Assembly (NCBI RefSeq): GCF_018350175.1
Contig: NC_058383.1
Span: forward strand, 19,842,001 to 19,906,000
Direction of reading: 5' to 3'
Length of the DNA: 64,000 nucleotides
Source of the DNA: Felis catus
Lineage: Eukaryota
Numbering within the stretch: the first letter of the stretch is position 1; every line of letters starts with the position of its first letter. The position numbers and the translations under genes are program-made. A model generated the notes under the pieces. The model was given only the letters and a program-made list of their open reading frames with translations. It ran no database searches and was not told where the DNA came from. Positions 1 through 12,250 of the stretch are shown one piece after another.

Positions 1-552
1 GAGGGACTCAAATCAGAGGGCCAAAAGGTGTCTCAGCAGGAAGGAACCAAAGCAGTGAAGGAATGTGGTTTTGCAGAACCCACAGTTCCAGCCCAGGAGA
101 TGTCTTGCCTGGTATAGCCCCTATGTGAGCCAGTTTGGGCCAGACTGGAGCTAGGACCTGTGCAGAAGCCTGCCCTGAATTATCCTGAAGTTCTCTTTAG
201 CCCATTGTAATACTAAGCTCTCCTCCTATGGCCGTGTTTCCGCTAGGTTTTGCACATACGATGTATACATTAGCATGTCGACGTGCTGGGCAGGCATGGT
301 TGAACCAAAGTGTTTAAGTCATAGAATGTGTGTAAGTTCCTTGATGCATAGGAAAGCTCCCTGCCCCCGCCCCCTAATACACTGAATAAAAGCTTACTGT
401 ACTAATCCCACAGGGAGATATGGTGCTTGGAGACCTATCTCCCTGTCTCCTTACTTGTAACAAGTAATAAAGCGTTCCTTGCTTCCAATGCTTCCTTGGG
501 TTGTGTCCAATTTAATGTACCCCAAGTGGTGAGGCCCTTGGGTCTGGTTACA
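1..552 (+). mobile_element. 3' part of an ERV-type solo LTR (runs off the window start)
   Basis: TATA-like gAATAAAAgc near 384, AATAAA near 466, U5-like T-rich stretch ending in ...ggttaCA at 552; no internal ERV sequence follows. Confidence 0.65.
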
Positions 553-1126
553 GTGGCACAGATCTGCCTACTTCCCCCACCTGGGGCTCGGCCAGGACCC
601 CCTTTCTCAGGGACACGGCAACTTCACATTCCCTTTGCTTTCTGTCCAATCCTTCTTCCCCAGTCATGCTGCCCGGGGCAGGGGGTAGGGGCAGGCGGCG
701 TAGGAAGCCCTACTTACCCCGTCCCATTCATCCTCACAAGGACCCCTTTTATAGCAGATGGTGAAACTGAGGTCCAGGGAAAATGAAGGGTATAGCAGAG
801 CCAGGATTTAAACCCAGATGTGTCTGCAATATCCAGGCACTTCTCCAGGAATCACACCTGGGAATGTCAGTGCTCTGCTGGAGTTCTGGGGTCCCGAGAG
901 GATGCGCGGGGAGGTTTGAGGCAATAAAGCCACCATCACATCCTTTCAAAGACACTCAAGTGTTCCCTCTGACTTCAGAGGCTTCAGAGCTGGTGTCCTC
1001 AGGCCCTCCTTCTAAGTGAACAGACAGCTCGTGCATTAATTCCATAAACGTTTGCCGAGTTTCTCCCATGTTCCAGGTGTGGCAGGAGGGGCTGGTGCTA
1101 CAGCAGTGAACAGAAAAACCTGCCCT

Positions 1127-1290
1127 GGGGCGCCTGGGTGGCTCAGTCAGTTAAGCATCCACCTCTTCATCTCCGCTCAGGTCATGATCTCAGGTTTCCT
1201 GAGTTCCAGCCCCGCACCCGGCTCTGTGCTGAAGGCACAGAGCCTGCTTGGGATTCTGTCTCAGCCTCTCTCTCTGCCTCTCCCCTGTTG

Positions 1291-1326
<36 letters not shown>

Positions 1327-1350
1327 ATAAATAAATAACCTTAAAAAAAA
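1127..1350 (+). mobile_element. CAN-SINE (SINEC)
   Basis: ggggcgcctgggtggctcagt head, (CT)n, AATAAA/A tail, imperfect TSD aaaa(a/g)cctgccct. Confidence 0.95.
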
Positions 1351-1429
1351 GCCCTGCCCTTGGGGATTAAACAGTTTTATAGATGGAAATAGACAAGACT
1401 CCCAGGCCAACAAATAAATGAGGGGACTA

Positions 1430-1992
1430 TTTATAAATAAAATTCAGCCTAGTAAATGTGAAGATCCAGTTGACTTTATTAAATGATTGATGAATCAGGA
1501 GGCATCCCATCTAGCAAGTGGAGGGGAGCAAGGAAAGCATCATCTAAGCAAGGAATGTCCTCCTAAGGGGGGCGGAAAGGGGCCGCCAGTCTTGACCAGG
1601 AAATTCCACGTTGACCGGTTAAAGGTTACGTTCCTGGAGGGTCGAAACTGCAGTTAGGTTAGGCAGGTATTAAGTCTTGGTTTGCTCAGAAGGCTAAGTG
1701 ATGCCATTTAGAGGCTATGGGTTGTTTTTTTGTTTTTTTTTGTTTTTTTTTTTTTTAATTTTTTTTCAACGTTTATTTATTTTTGGGACAGAGAGAGACA
1801 GAGCATGAACGGGGGAGGGGCAGAGAGAGAGGGAGACACAGAATCGGAAACAGGCTCCAGGCTCTGAGCCATCAGCCCAGAGCCCGACGCGGGGCTCGAA
1901 CTCACGGACCGCGAGATCGTGACCTGGCTGAAGTCGGACGCTTAACCGACTGCGCCACCCAGGCGCCCCGGTTTTTTTTTTTTTTTTAAACA
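1430..1992. mobile_element. Old LTR fragment interrupted by a SINE
   Basis: Resembles remembered ERV LTR consensus text (ctttattaaatgattgatgaatcagg...catcccatctagcaa); family not certain. Confidence 0.45.
1725..1969 (-). mobile_element. Young felid SINEC_Fc
   Basis: Near-consensus reverse-strand copy with CpGs intact and T-rich tail. Confidence 0.97.
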
Positions 1993-2040
1993 GGTCTCAA
2001 TTTTGGATCGGTACAAGTCTGAAGGAAATTAATTAGGCTG

Positions 2041-2067
2041 TGTGATATTATGATATATCATAATCAG

Positions 2068-2108
<41 letters not shown>

Positions 2109-2972
2109 ACTTGGTCTTTGTCCTCAGTTCCTAGCACAGAGCTCTTAAGACCCTTATAATTTATTGAGTGACGCAGTGCTAGTCCCCCATCCGGTCTTGG
2201 TCCCCAGTTCCTAAAGAACTTCTAAGAGCCTTAGAATCTCTGCAGTGATAACAGGTTTTTTTTTTTTTTGTATGCTGATGAATGGCTGGAGGGAGGACCT
2301 GATTCTTCCACAATGGGGGCTGCTTACCTACAAGACCAAGGCCAGACTAGAGGGTTGGAAGTTTGAGCCCCACCCCCTGACCTCTCAGGAGAGGGAGGAC
2401 TGGAGATGGCGTCCAATCACCAATAAATAGCTAATGATTTAATCAACGGTGCCTGTGTAACGGAACCTCCATAAAAACCTGAATAATGGGGTCTGGGGAG
2501 CTTCCAGGGGGGTGATCACGTCAAGGTGCCAGGAGGGGGGACAAGCCTGGAGAGGGCTTGGATTCTCCATGCACCTGCCGTACCTCACACTATGTATCTC
2601 TTCCATCTGGCCGTTACTGAGTTGTATCCTTTTATAAGAAACCAGGCATCTAGTAAGGAAGCTGTTTTTGGGGGGGGGGGTTGTGTGAGTCATTCTAGCA
2701 AATTCTCAAAACTGAGGAGGGGCCGTGGGAACTCCTGATTTATAGCCCGTCTGCCGGAAGTACAGGAGGCCCGGGACTTGCCCCTGGCGTCTGATGTGGG
2801 GAGTCTTGTGGGACGGAGACCTTGATCCATGGGGTCTGCGCCGACCGCGGGTGGTTAGCGTCAGAGCTGGGCTGAATTGTAGGACACCGGGATGGAGAAT
2901 TGGTTGTTGGTGGGGAAAAAACTCCACACATCTTGGTGTCCAAAGTGTTTGGAGTGAAAAACAGAGGGTGAC
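2041..2972 (+). mobile_element. MER21-like LTR
   Basis: Starts TGTGATAT, ends ...tgaCA; remembered hallmark segments aatgatttaatcaa...cctccataaaaacc and tgtgagtcattctagcaaatt. Confidence 0.75.
2070..2104. repeat. (CA)n microsatellite
   Basis: About 17 CA units read directly. Confidence 0.98.
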
Positions 2973-3156
2973 AGGTGGTTAGGGACAGCCTCCCGGAACA
3001 GTGACACGTGGGCTGAGACCAGCTGTGTGAAAAATCCAGGCACAGCATCCCGGGCTGGAGAGAACAGCAAGCCACAGGCTGGATGTGGCCAGAGGGTGGT
3101 GAGTAAGAAAAGGACGGAGGGCCAGGCAGGGGCTAGATCATAGGGGCCTTAGTACC

Positions 3157-3618
3157 TATCAGTTGCTGTCCCGGCAGGAAACAGGAGGCACGCCCAGGGG
3201 AACTTGATAAAGGGACTGGTTACAAGGGTCTGGGTGGGGTTGAAGGATATTAACACAAAGTGACAAGCTCCCTGGGATCGGGGCACCCTGGTGGCCACCC
3301 CTAGTCCTGAGGGGGCCATGGAGGAGCAGTTAAGGGAACCCAGGCGTTGTTGTACCTGTAGGAGGTCACCTGCAGCTTTCATCAAGAAGGGGGCCTGGTC
3401 ACCGCCAACCTTTGGCCAAGCAGAGAGGAGGCTGGGGGGTAATGCCCCCACCTCTCTCTGCCCCTGCCCCCTGGTCTGCTGGCACCCCCTATTGACCGAA
3501 TCCCCCAGAAGCCAGAGGGCAAAGGCTGATGTACTCCCTTCAGCTCTGCCTCTGGGGTACCAGACAGGTGTCAAAGATGGGGAGTTATCTGGTGGACAAA
3601 CAGGAAATACCCAGCACA
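3157..3618. mobile_element. Ancient eutherian LTR (LTR78/79-like)
   Basis: caggaaacag...gcac, cctattgaccgaa...cagaagccagagggcaa and terminal ccagcaca resemble a remembered consensus. Confidence 0.5.
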
Positions 3619-6199
3619 GCCGTGGAAGCGGTGGCAGCCAAGTGCGTATTATTCTGAGTTCATTGAGAAGCCACCAAGGGGTCTGAACTGGGCAATGGCC
3701 CAATTTGGAAGTCCGCCCGCCTCTCTGGCTGCTCTCTGGGGAGTGGGTACAGCGGGGAGGCGCAGGGCAGGGAGAGCAGTTTGGAGGCTGTTCTTGTTGT
3801 CCAGTGGGTGACAACAGTAGCTGGGACCAGGGAGGGGGCAGTGAGGGCAGACAGAAGAGCGGGGCTCAGGATTATACTCGACTTAAAGTGGACAGGGATT
3901 GCCGGTGGGTTGGCGGTGGGGAGGGGTGAGGCCACACGACGAGGGAGCCTGAGGCAGAGAATAACGGAGGACTTAGAGCTCAGAAAGCTCCGGTGACACC
4001 CTCTGGACTTGTCCCTTTTGCCCACCCTTACCACGTCGTGGGGAAAGGAGACCCGGATGACAGCCTTAGGACAACTCTATGTGGCAGGTGTTTTTAGAAC
4101 AAGTGAAGAATTCACACGTCAGAGAGGTGAAGATATCTGCCCAAGATCACACAGCAAGCAGGTACAGACGGGGGTTTGGACGTGGGTCTGTCTGATTCGC
4201 TGAGTACCCTGTGCAGGAAGATTTGATGGGGGTCTCTTGCCTTACGTGTCAGCCACAAACCGGGGCTTGTGCTGCCCAGGGAGATCTGCCCTCGAGACAG
4301 GCTGCGAGTACATCACCAACTCGGCCACCTGTGGCATGCGGGAATTTGGGCAGAGAAGTGGCCCTGGCAGGAGTTATTGGGGTTTTTAAAACTATTATTA
4401 TCATTACAGAATTGGGGAACGATGAGGAAAACTAACATCTCTAAAGCTCCTTTATTTATTCATTCATCCTTGAGTTAAAAAATCCCTTTCTGGATTCCAG
4501 GCTTCTTGCTGGACAGGTCACTTGGATTATCTCATATCCCCCAAATGAACAACCCAGCTGAGGTGAGCTTCGTGCTTCACCCCTGTTTTGCGGGCCTCAG
4601 AGAATGAAGGCTCAGAGAGGGCAGTGACACATCCACCTCTTCCCTAAAGCACTTCCCACGGAGTCTCAGGCCAGCTGGGTGTCAGACTGTAGGGTGCCGG
4701 CCGTGGTTAGAAGCGTGGTGCTGAAATCAGGGCACTTTGTTCAAATCCCGGCTCTCCTTTGATAGAGGCGTGACCTCAGTTTCCACATCTGTCAAATGGG
4801 TCAGTAACGGTATCTATCTGAAAGGCTGTTGCACGGATTGATGGAGACGAGGCATACAATTGAACAGAATAAGGGCTCAGGGCACCTTGACCATCACTGT
4901 GACCTCCGTTCCTGAAACCAGTGTCAATGCTTTGCGGGAGACTCTTCAGCCATCTCTGAGCTGCTTTAGCAGGTACCAGAGCTGTCACACCTGGTCGGGG
5001 GGACAGGTGCAGACGTTACACACATGTCAGAGTGCAACAGGTGCAGTGGCAAAGGGTTCAGATAAGAGCGGTGACAACAGGGTCCCCCGACGCCAGCCCT
5101 CTTTAGTGTATCACCTCATGTCATTTATTCCCCAGCACTTATTCGGGTCCAAAATCAGCTTGTGTGCGTTCCTCGGTTGACTTGTCACCTGCCTCCACCA
5201 CTAAGCACCCTGTCCACCACTGTCCCCTCGCTGTCCAGCAAGCGCAGTGCTTGGCCTCAGCAGACACTCAGTAAATACTGACTGAATGCAGGAACGAGTT
5301 GTGGGGTGAAATGAAGCCCCACGTGTTAATGTCATGCCTCTGGGCACCAAGGAGGGAGAGAGGAGACAGGTGGGGAGGGGTCGGGTGGGCTCAGCCTCTG
5401 AGGCCCCCTGAACCTTGCACACAGCCTGGGTCATCAAGAACGCTGTCAGTGACTGCCCCCTGGGGCCTCTTCAGAGGCTGATTCCCAAAACTCCCCCACC
5501 AGCTCTGCAGCTATCTGAGGTCAGCTCCCAGGGTTCAAGGGAGAATTGCAGGTGTGGGGGTGGGATGAGGGTCTGGGCAGCCGACTATAGACAAGTGCCC
5601 TGGATAACCCTCTGGAGGCCTCAGTGTCTTTATCTGTAGGGTGGGAACGGTCACAGCATCTCCTGTCAGCAGCATGGCAGAGCCCTTTAGATAGTGAGCT
5701 CTCTGGATGGTCCTTCATGACTTAAAACCTGGGCTCTGACACTTCCTGGCTCTGTGCCCTTAACTCCTCTGGGCCTCAGTTTCCTATCTGCCAAGCGGGA
5801 CGAATATCACCAACCTCAAGGCTTCTGGCCGATAAAACAAGCTCCAGGTACGAAAGGTGCCTGGCAAAGAGAAAGCCCTCGGTCAGTATTAGCCACGCCC
5901 CTTCAAGGGCCCCGGACCCAGCCCCCCCTCCCCCCCTGCAACTCCCGGACCTCGGCCACCGCCAGGCCTGGGTGCTGCTCCTCCATGGGACCCTCTCTAA
6001 GCGGCGCCTCCAGCCTCCACTTTCCAAGATCTACCAGTGGCCGCTGGGCTGCAGCAAAGAGCTTCCCTCAGTGCTTCAGACGTGCCTCTGAAAAACAGGG
6101 AAAAACCTTCTCTGGATTGTTGCCTGCGGCAGACAGTTTAAATTAACTTAAACCGTTTCCTGCTCCCACCCCCATCTCGTTATCCTTTTTCACGGAGGC

Positions 6200-6690
6200 G
6201 AGAAGAGAAAACCTTTGCAGGAGAAGCCACGGGAGACGCTTCTCTCTCTCTTGCCTCCAGCGGATGCCAGACCGGGAGATGCTAAAGTTTGCGGTCGGCG
6301 CACCTCGGCGGGAGCGCGGGCCGCGGCCCCCGGGGCCGGTTGCTAGGGAACGCGCGGGGCGGGGCGGGGCGGGGCGGCGGGGGGCGGGGGGCAGCGCGCG
6401 GGCCCGTGCGGCAGTGCCGCGCGCCGCCGCTAGGGTGCAGCAAGGCCCCGCGGATGCCCGGCGCCCGCTCCCGGTCGCGAATGCCGAGCACGTCCGGGCA
6501 AGGTGGCGGGAGGCACGAGCCGGCGGCGGCGCGGCGACCCGGGCGCGGCTCTGGCCTGCAGGGGCCGGAGGGCGCCGGCCTGAGACCCGTCTCTCCCGAC
6601 CCTCGGCTCCCGCGGCCTGGTCCCCTGGGACCGGAGCTCGCCCAGGGCAGCGGCTCGCCGCCCTTTTGTCCGCGTTCATCTCTCCCGTAA
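6200..6690. promoter_or_regulatory. CpG island / promoter-like element with no identifiable coding exon
   Basis: Very high GC and CpG density; tandem GGGGCGGGGC boxes 6356-6375; RFX X-box-like GTTGCTAGGGAAC 6339-6351; CTCF-like CCGCTAGGGTGCAGC 6427-6441. Confidence 0.85.
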
Positions 6691-6842
6691 TTCATTAATT
6701 CGTGCTTTCTCTTTTCATCCCTTCAACCGCTCCCCACACTACTATTCCTCCCCTCCCTCCCGCCTTGATTCTCGTCTTCCCGTCTTCCCTTCCTCCTTCC
6801 CTCCTTCTACCCGCCCACCCACCACCCATCCATTTTTTCGGT

Positions 6843-6925
6843 CCATCCATCCATCCATCCATCCATCCATCCATCCATCATCGTTCCGTTCCTTTTCCTG
6901 CTTTCTATCCACCTATCCATCCATC
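6843..6925. repeat. (TCCA)n microsatellite, partly degenerate
   Basis: About 9 perfect TCCA units followed by degenerate copies. Confidence 0.9.
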
Positions 6926-7907
6926 TGTCCACATTCTTCCCTCCCTCCCTCTCCTCCTTGCTTCTGCATTCTGGAGTGGGACTAACTTCCGAGTCCACTG
7001 CCAGCCATAAGTCTCTGGGCAAGTTAACTCGTCTGCCTCCCGCTCCGGCATCTGGGCAGTTGAGGACACCGGGCCAGCCTCACTCTCGGGCCGCTGCCAG
7101 GATGTAGTGACCACCCACAGAAGAATCTTGCACAAAGCCTGGCGCCTAGGGAGCGCCCAGTGCCGGGAGCAGCATGCTGCTCTGTTGTTCACTCCTGCCA
7201 CGTGTTAGACTCCCATAGGGGAGCTTTGAAAGCAATGCCGATTCCGGTGCTTCTCTAGAAATTCTGGTGGAGCCCAGACACTGTAGCTTCTGCAGACTCT
7301 GTAGGTGATTAGAATGAGCAGCCGAGTGGAGACCTGCCGAGGAGACTATTTGACTGATGCCAACCAGTGCCAGGGTCTGTGCCAGGGGAACTGGGGATGA
7401 GGTGGGGGAGTGGGGACCTCAGGGCCCTCCGCCTTCACCCGCCTCCCCTCCTCCTGTTCCCTGGTTCCTGGGAGTCCAGCCTGTCTGCAGCACTGCCCTC
7501 CCCTCAAGGAGCCAAGCGCATGCTTGCCCGTAGGCCTTTGCACACACAGTCCCCTCTGCCTAGAAAACACTACCTCCTGGGCAGATGCCCCTTCCCGGGG
7601 CAGCCTTCCCTGGCCACACTCTCCAGGCAGGCCACATCCCCTCCTTGCACCCCCGGATCTGCTATTGCAGTGGCCTGTTTTTCTTGTCTGTCCTCTCCTG
7701 TGTGTAGAAGCTTCCCCAGGGCAAGGCCTGGATTTGATTCTTCTGAGTGTGCCCAGCCTAGGCGCTGACGTGGGTTTAGTCACTGATGTGTCCGCTATGA
7801 GGACTTGGTTGTGATCAAACCAGCTGACACAGTTACCAGCAGATCCTACCGCTTGATCAACCCCCATTTCTCCAGGATCAGCCCGTCCGGCTGTCCAGTG
7901 GCCCTTC

Positions 7908-7978
7908 TGGGAGAGACTGCTTCCTGGGTGGGAGAGACTGCTTCCTGGGTGGGAGAGACTGCTTCCTGGGTGCGAGAG
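7908..7978. repeat. 21-bp tandem repeat, about 3.4 copies
   Basis: tgggagagactgcttcctggg at 7908, 7929 and 7950 plus a partial copy. Confidence 0.95.
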
Positions 7979-8715
7979 CTCCTCTCCTGAGAGGGGAAAC
8001 AGTAAAGTGCTGGGGCCCAGGGACGTCTATTCAAGGGGAAAATGTCCTACCTCTGGCTTCTCACAGACCCAGCCTGTAGACAGAGCGTGGAAGCTTGACA
8101 AAGCAAGCCCCGCCCCCCACCCCGCCCCAAGTTTTGTTTGGCGTGCATAGAGTTAATTTTCTTCCTGAGAAACAGTTGTCACCATTACAAAGCTGGTGTA
8201 TTTTACACAAAAATGGGGATTTTTCACCTTGTCTTGGAAAACAAGAGCTCTGGCAACATACAAAGCGCCCCCCCCAACCCCCCTCTCCAACCTGTGTACC
8301 TGGCACCCGTGGGCTAGGGGGAGGGGTGGGTGGATGAGGCAGCTGAGGCCCCAGAGAGGGCTGTGCACTTGGCAAGAGTCACACAGCAAGTGTTCGGAGG
8401 TGCCTGGGTCAGATAGCAGAGACACAGAGGGGTGATGAGTCCTTATGAAGGTCTCTTCTGGGGGGAAGACCTGAATGGAGAGGGGTCTGAAAATCATGAG
8501 AAGGAGATGGGGTTCTGTGACTCTTCCATCTGAGAGAGGAGATGCCTCGGGGAGTGAAGTGGGGGCAGGAATGGTTGTTTCCAGGTGGGAAGGGTGTTCT
8601 CTGTGCCTTTAGGGGGCCACAGCCAGCATTCACTGAATGCTTTTGTGTGCCAGGCACGATGCAAAGCGTGTCCCATGTGGCATCCTTCATAACAGCCAAA
8701 GAAAGAGACACATTC

Positions 8716-8917
8716 GGTGCGCCTGGGTGGCTCAGTCCGTTAAGTGTCCGACTCTTGATTTCGGCTCAGGTTGTGATCCCTGGGTCATGCGATCAAGCTC
8801 TGCTTCGAGCCCTGCATTGGGCTCCATGCTAAGCTTAAGACTCTCTCCCTCCCTCTCCCTCTGCCCCTCCAAGCCTTGTGCTCTCTCTTTCAAAATAAAT
8901 AAATAAACTTTAAAAAA
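8716..8917 (+). mobile_element. CAN-SINE (older subfamily)
   Basis: gcgcctgggtggctcagtccgttaag head, CT-rich region, AATAAA tail. Confidence 0.9.
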
Positions 8918-9514
8918 TATGCACATTTGCAACCCTCCTTTTGGTAAGAAACAAAGGCTCCGAGAGGTTTCACAAATTGCCTCGTGTCTCTGTGGTCGAC
9001 TTTACCATTGGCATGAATATTTTGCTTTTTTTTTCTCCTTCCTGGGTACACAAAAAAGTACATTTCCCAGCCCCTTGCAGGTGGGCCTGGCCATAGGACT
9101 AGTTCTGGCCAATGGAATGTGGGGTGGAAGTGATGGGTGCCTGTTTCGGGCTGAAGCTGGGACACCCCCTTGTAATTACAGAGTCTGTCTCTCTCTGCCT
9201 GTCCACCCACCCAGGTGGTGAGGGACGAGGCTTTGTGAGGTGGCTGGACAGTTCTAAGCAGTTAGCATGAGGGGGACAGCTGCCCAACCCTGTTGCCTTG
9301 ACCTTGAGTAGATTTGCCTTAAACAAACTTTTGTGGTTGTTAAGCAGCTGAGACACGGGGGTTGTTTGTAACTGTGGCAGATCCTAGCCAAGCTTGATTA
9401 ATACATCACAAAGCTAGAAGGGGGGGGGGGGGTGGCTGGGATTTGAACCCACATCTTACTGACCGAAGACTCTTACCTGTTACTCTAGAAGCAGAATTAG
9501 TAAGGGCAGGTGTG

Positions 9515-10115
9515 GATTCCATTGATTCAATGACACACAGTCCCTCTCTCCATGCACATTTTAACCTTCCTGAATCAGGTTTCGTCTCATAATCAGCGGC
9601 GTCTCACAGTCCTTGTTGGGCTGGTGGCAGTCACACAGGTTGCCTGATGCCTTTTTGCAAGACTTTAAAAAGAAGTGCCAGCATCCAAACTTGAAGAGTG
9701 ACTGTCTACTTGAAATAAAATCTCTGGGACAAGGTGGCACACTCTTTCAAGAAATGTCACATCACCTACACTCTTGATGTCCTGGAAGACGATATTGTGT
9801 GAAAAACACAAACATCAATGAGTCTGAGTTGAAAAGAGATTCACAAGAGCTGAACTCTGAATGTGAAGATGTTTGGGGATAACTTGACCAATTTATTTTG
9901 CTGGTATTTTCCATTTTCTATGTGCACAATAGTGATATAGGATAAAAATCTATGCCTAAATAAGTCTACACGAGCCCTTTCAATTGGTATAAAATAAAAA
10001 TTCTAAGTGATAATAAAGCACCACGTCTGGCTTTAATTGGCAGCATTTTTTCTTTCTTAGCAGTACATAAAGATGCACCCTTCAATCGATGGCATCTTAT
10101 ATTTGCGGAAATATA
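9515..10115 (+). mobile_element. Tigger (pogo-like) DNA transposon fossil, Tigger13-like
   Basis: Degenerate transposase C-terminus FKKCHITYTLDVLEDDIV* near 9746-9802 and imperfect inverted termini. Confidence 0.65.
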
Positions 10116-12019
10116 GTCCCTGTGGATCCCAGGAGGCGGAATTGCCAGCACAGGAAGCCTGGGGCCCCTGCACAGCCTGCTGGTGTGGAGAAGCTGCACC
10201 ATCCCCGGGGGGCTCCCTTCTCAGGGGCCCCTCCTGTGCCCCCAGGCACCTGGCTTTGACATTCTTCTCTGAAGATTCTCTTTCCAACCGCTTCTGGTTT
10301 AGGCTGCTCAGTGGGGCTGATAGAGTTCGGGACAAATGCAGACTTCGCAGAGGGAATGAGGAATCCTTAGAATGTAATAAAGAGAAAGGGAGAGGGCTCC
10401 CCAGGCCCCTTGCAGGGAAATCAAGTGAAATGGCCAGAATGAAGATGAAGACAGCTGCTGTCTTTTTCTGTAGGTCTTCCTTTGCGTCAGGGGCCTGGAC
10501 TGTGGCCGTGGCTCAGACGGCAACTCTGTGGGACCAGACCTGGGGACCTGGGGTTGGGGGCGCTGAAAAGGAGAGGGGCGTGTTCTGTGAATTCCAACCG
10601 CTTTTTGTTCTCACCCCTGCTCAGTGTTGTCCCTGCCATTGTCCCCCTCTCTGACTGTATCAGTCAGGGCAGCCTGTGTCATGCTGCGGTAACAAACATC
10701 CCCCCACATGTCAGTCTCAGTGGCCTGTAATCATAAAGGTTTCGTTCTCTCTCATGCTTTCTGCCCCTCACAAGCCCCTCTTCACCCAGGGACCTGGAGG
10801 ACAGAACATCCACTATCTGTGGCATCCCCCATTGCCCACTCAGTAGCCACATCCACCACCTCTGCTCGAACGTCATGGCTAATACAAGTCCTGTGGCCAC
10901 GGCCAGTGTAAAAGGACATGCAATCCTGCCACATAACCAGGAGGCCGAGAGACAGACTACTTCTGCAAATTCCTATTGACTCTCACATTGACCACATCCC
11001 TGTTTCTTGCCAGGATCTTGTCTGTCACCACTCTCATCACTGGCCATGCTCTGTCTCTCAGAGTCTCCACATCCTTTATCACGTGCCCAGGAGTGAGGCT
11101 GTACTTTTGAGACCGCGGGTTCTGGAAATGCAGAACTGTTTCCGTTCTTCTCCTCTGACACCTACCACATCGTACGCTTAGTTCCATGGCTGATTGCGCT
11201 GCTGGGCTGCAAACGCTCAAAATCCAGGAGGGTGGCCATGCGTTCTGTGCCCCCAGGCACAAAGCCTGGCTCAGAGGAGGTGAGCATTTGGAAAAAGAAT
11301 GGATAATTAAGTGAAAAATGCAATGAGCCTGTTGGAGGGATGAAATGCTCCTCGTGTGGGGGAGTCCATATGGCCAAACTGAAAGTCCGCTCTCTGACCC
11401 TTGAGAAGCACCATCGGAAATGCCCAGGGATCTCAGAGAGTGTGTGTCCGTGTGTGTATGGGATGTGAGGAGACCCCAGTACTTTGGACACATCCTTAGG
11501 AGTTGGGCTGTGGCCTGGCTGCAAAAAGGCAGGTTAGGGTTGATGGATCTCCATGTGTCATCTCATTACTGAGAGAGAGCGTCACCAGATCAACACAGCT
11601 GTTCAGTGTAGACCAATGGCTCTCAGCCTCCCCTGGCCCGACCCACACGGCCAATGGCATCCACATGAGCGTCTTGCTGTGAACATATCCAGCCTATGAT
11701 TGGAAGCACAGACAAAGCCGACTGTGGGGTACATGCAATCCCCCCTAACTGGCTGTGTGTCCACTGCTTCCTTTCCCTGCACGGAAGCTGATCTGAAAGC
11801 CAGTGAGGGAGGGGAACTTTTTTATGGTGTTTTTTTCAGGACACTTTTTGGCTGCAGGTGACATAGAACCAGTTAGCACGGTCTTGGACAAACAAAAGGG
11901 AGTTTGTTTATTTCTCCCAAAAGTTCAAGGTAAATGACTTCAGGCACACCTGCATCCAGGTGTTCAAATGATGTGGCCAGGTGTCTGTTGATGAGGTGCT
12001 CTGTGCAAAAGAACGCACT

Positions 12020-12250
12020 GACAATTACTGAGCATTTCCTTTGTTCTGGGAACCGTGCTAACACTTTACTTCGTGCCCCATCAACTTTAACCCTCGCAAC
12101 CCTACAAAGTAGGTTCTGTTATTAATTACACTATGCAGCTGAGGAAATGAAGGCTCAGAGACGCTTAGTAACTTTCCCAAGGTCACACAGCTAGTAGGTG
12201 GCTGACCCAGGATCCCACTGCTGTCTGACACTAGGGGTTCACTCCCGGTT
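12020..12250 (-). mobile_element. MIR SINE
   Basis: gaggaaatgaaggctcagaga...agtaactttcccaaggtcacacagctagta MIR core. Confidence 0.8.

Noticed and set aside
582..598. tggggctcggccaggac resembling a tRNA-Pro primer-binding site after the LTR
   Set aside because: It lies 30 nt from the LTR end rather than adjacent, has several mismatches, and no gag/pol sequence follows.
1127..1210. tRNA-like A/B boxes here and in about 25 other places
   Set aside because: These are tRNA-derived heads of CAN-SINEs followed by CT and A tails, not tRNA genes.
6143..6698. Four overlapping 130-180 aa Arg/Pro/Ala/Gly-rich ORFs in the CpG island
   Set aside because: Expected from stop-codon scarcity at very high GC; no recognisable domain and no convincing splice donor.
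7908..7978. Short direct repeats as a CRISPR-like array
   Set aside because: The units are contiguous with no spacers, the context is eukaryotic, and there are no cas genes.
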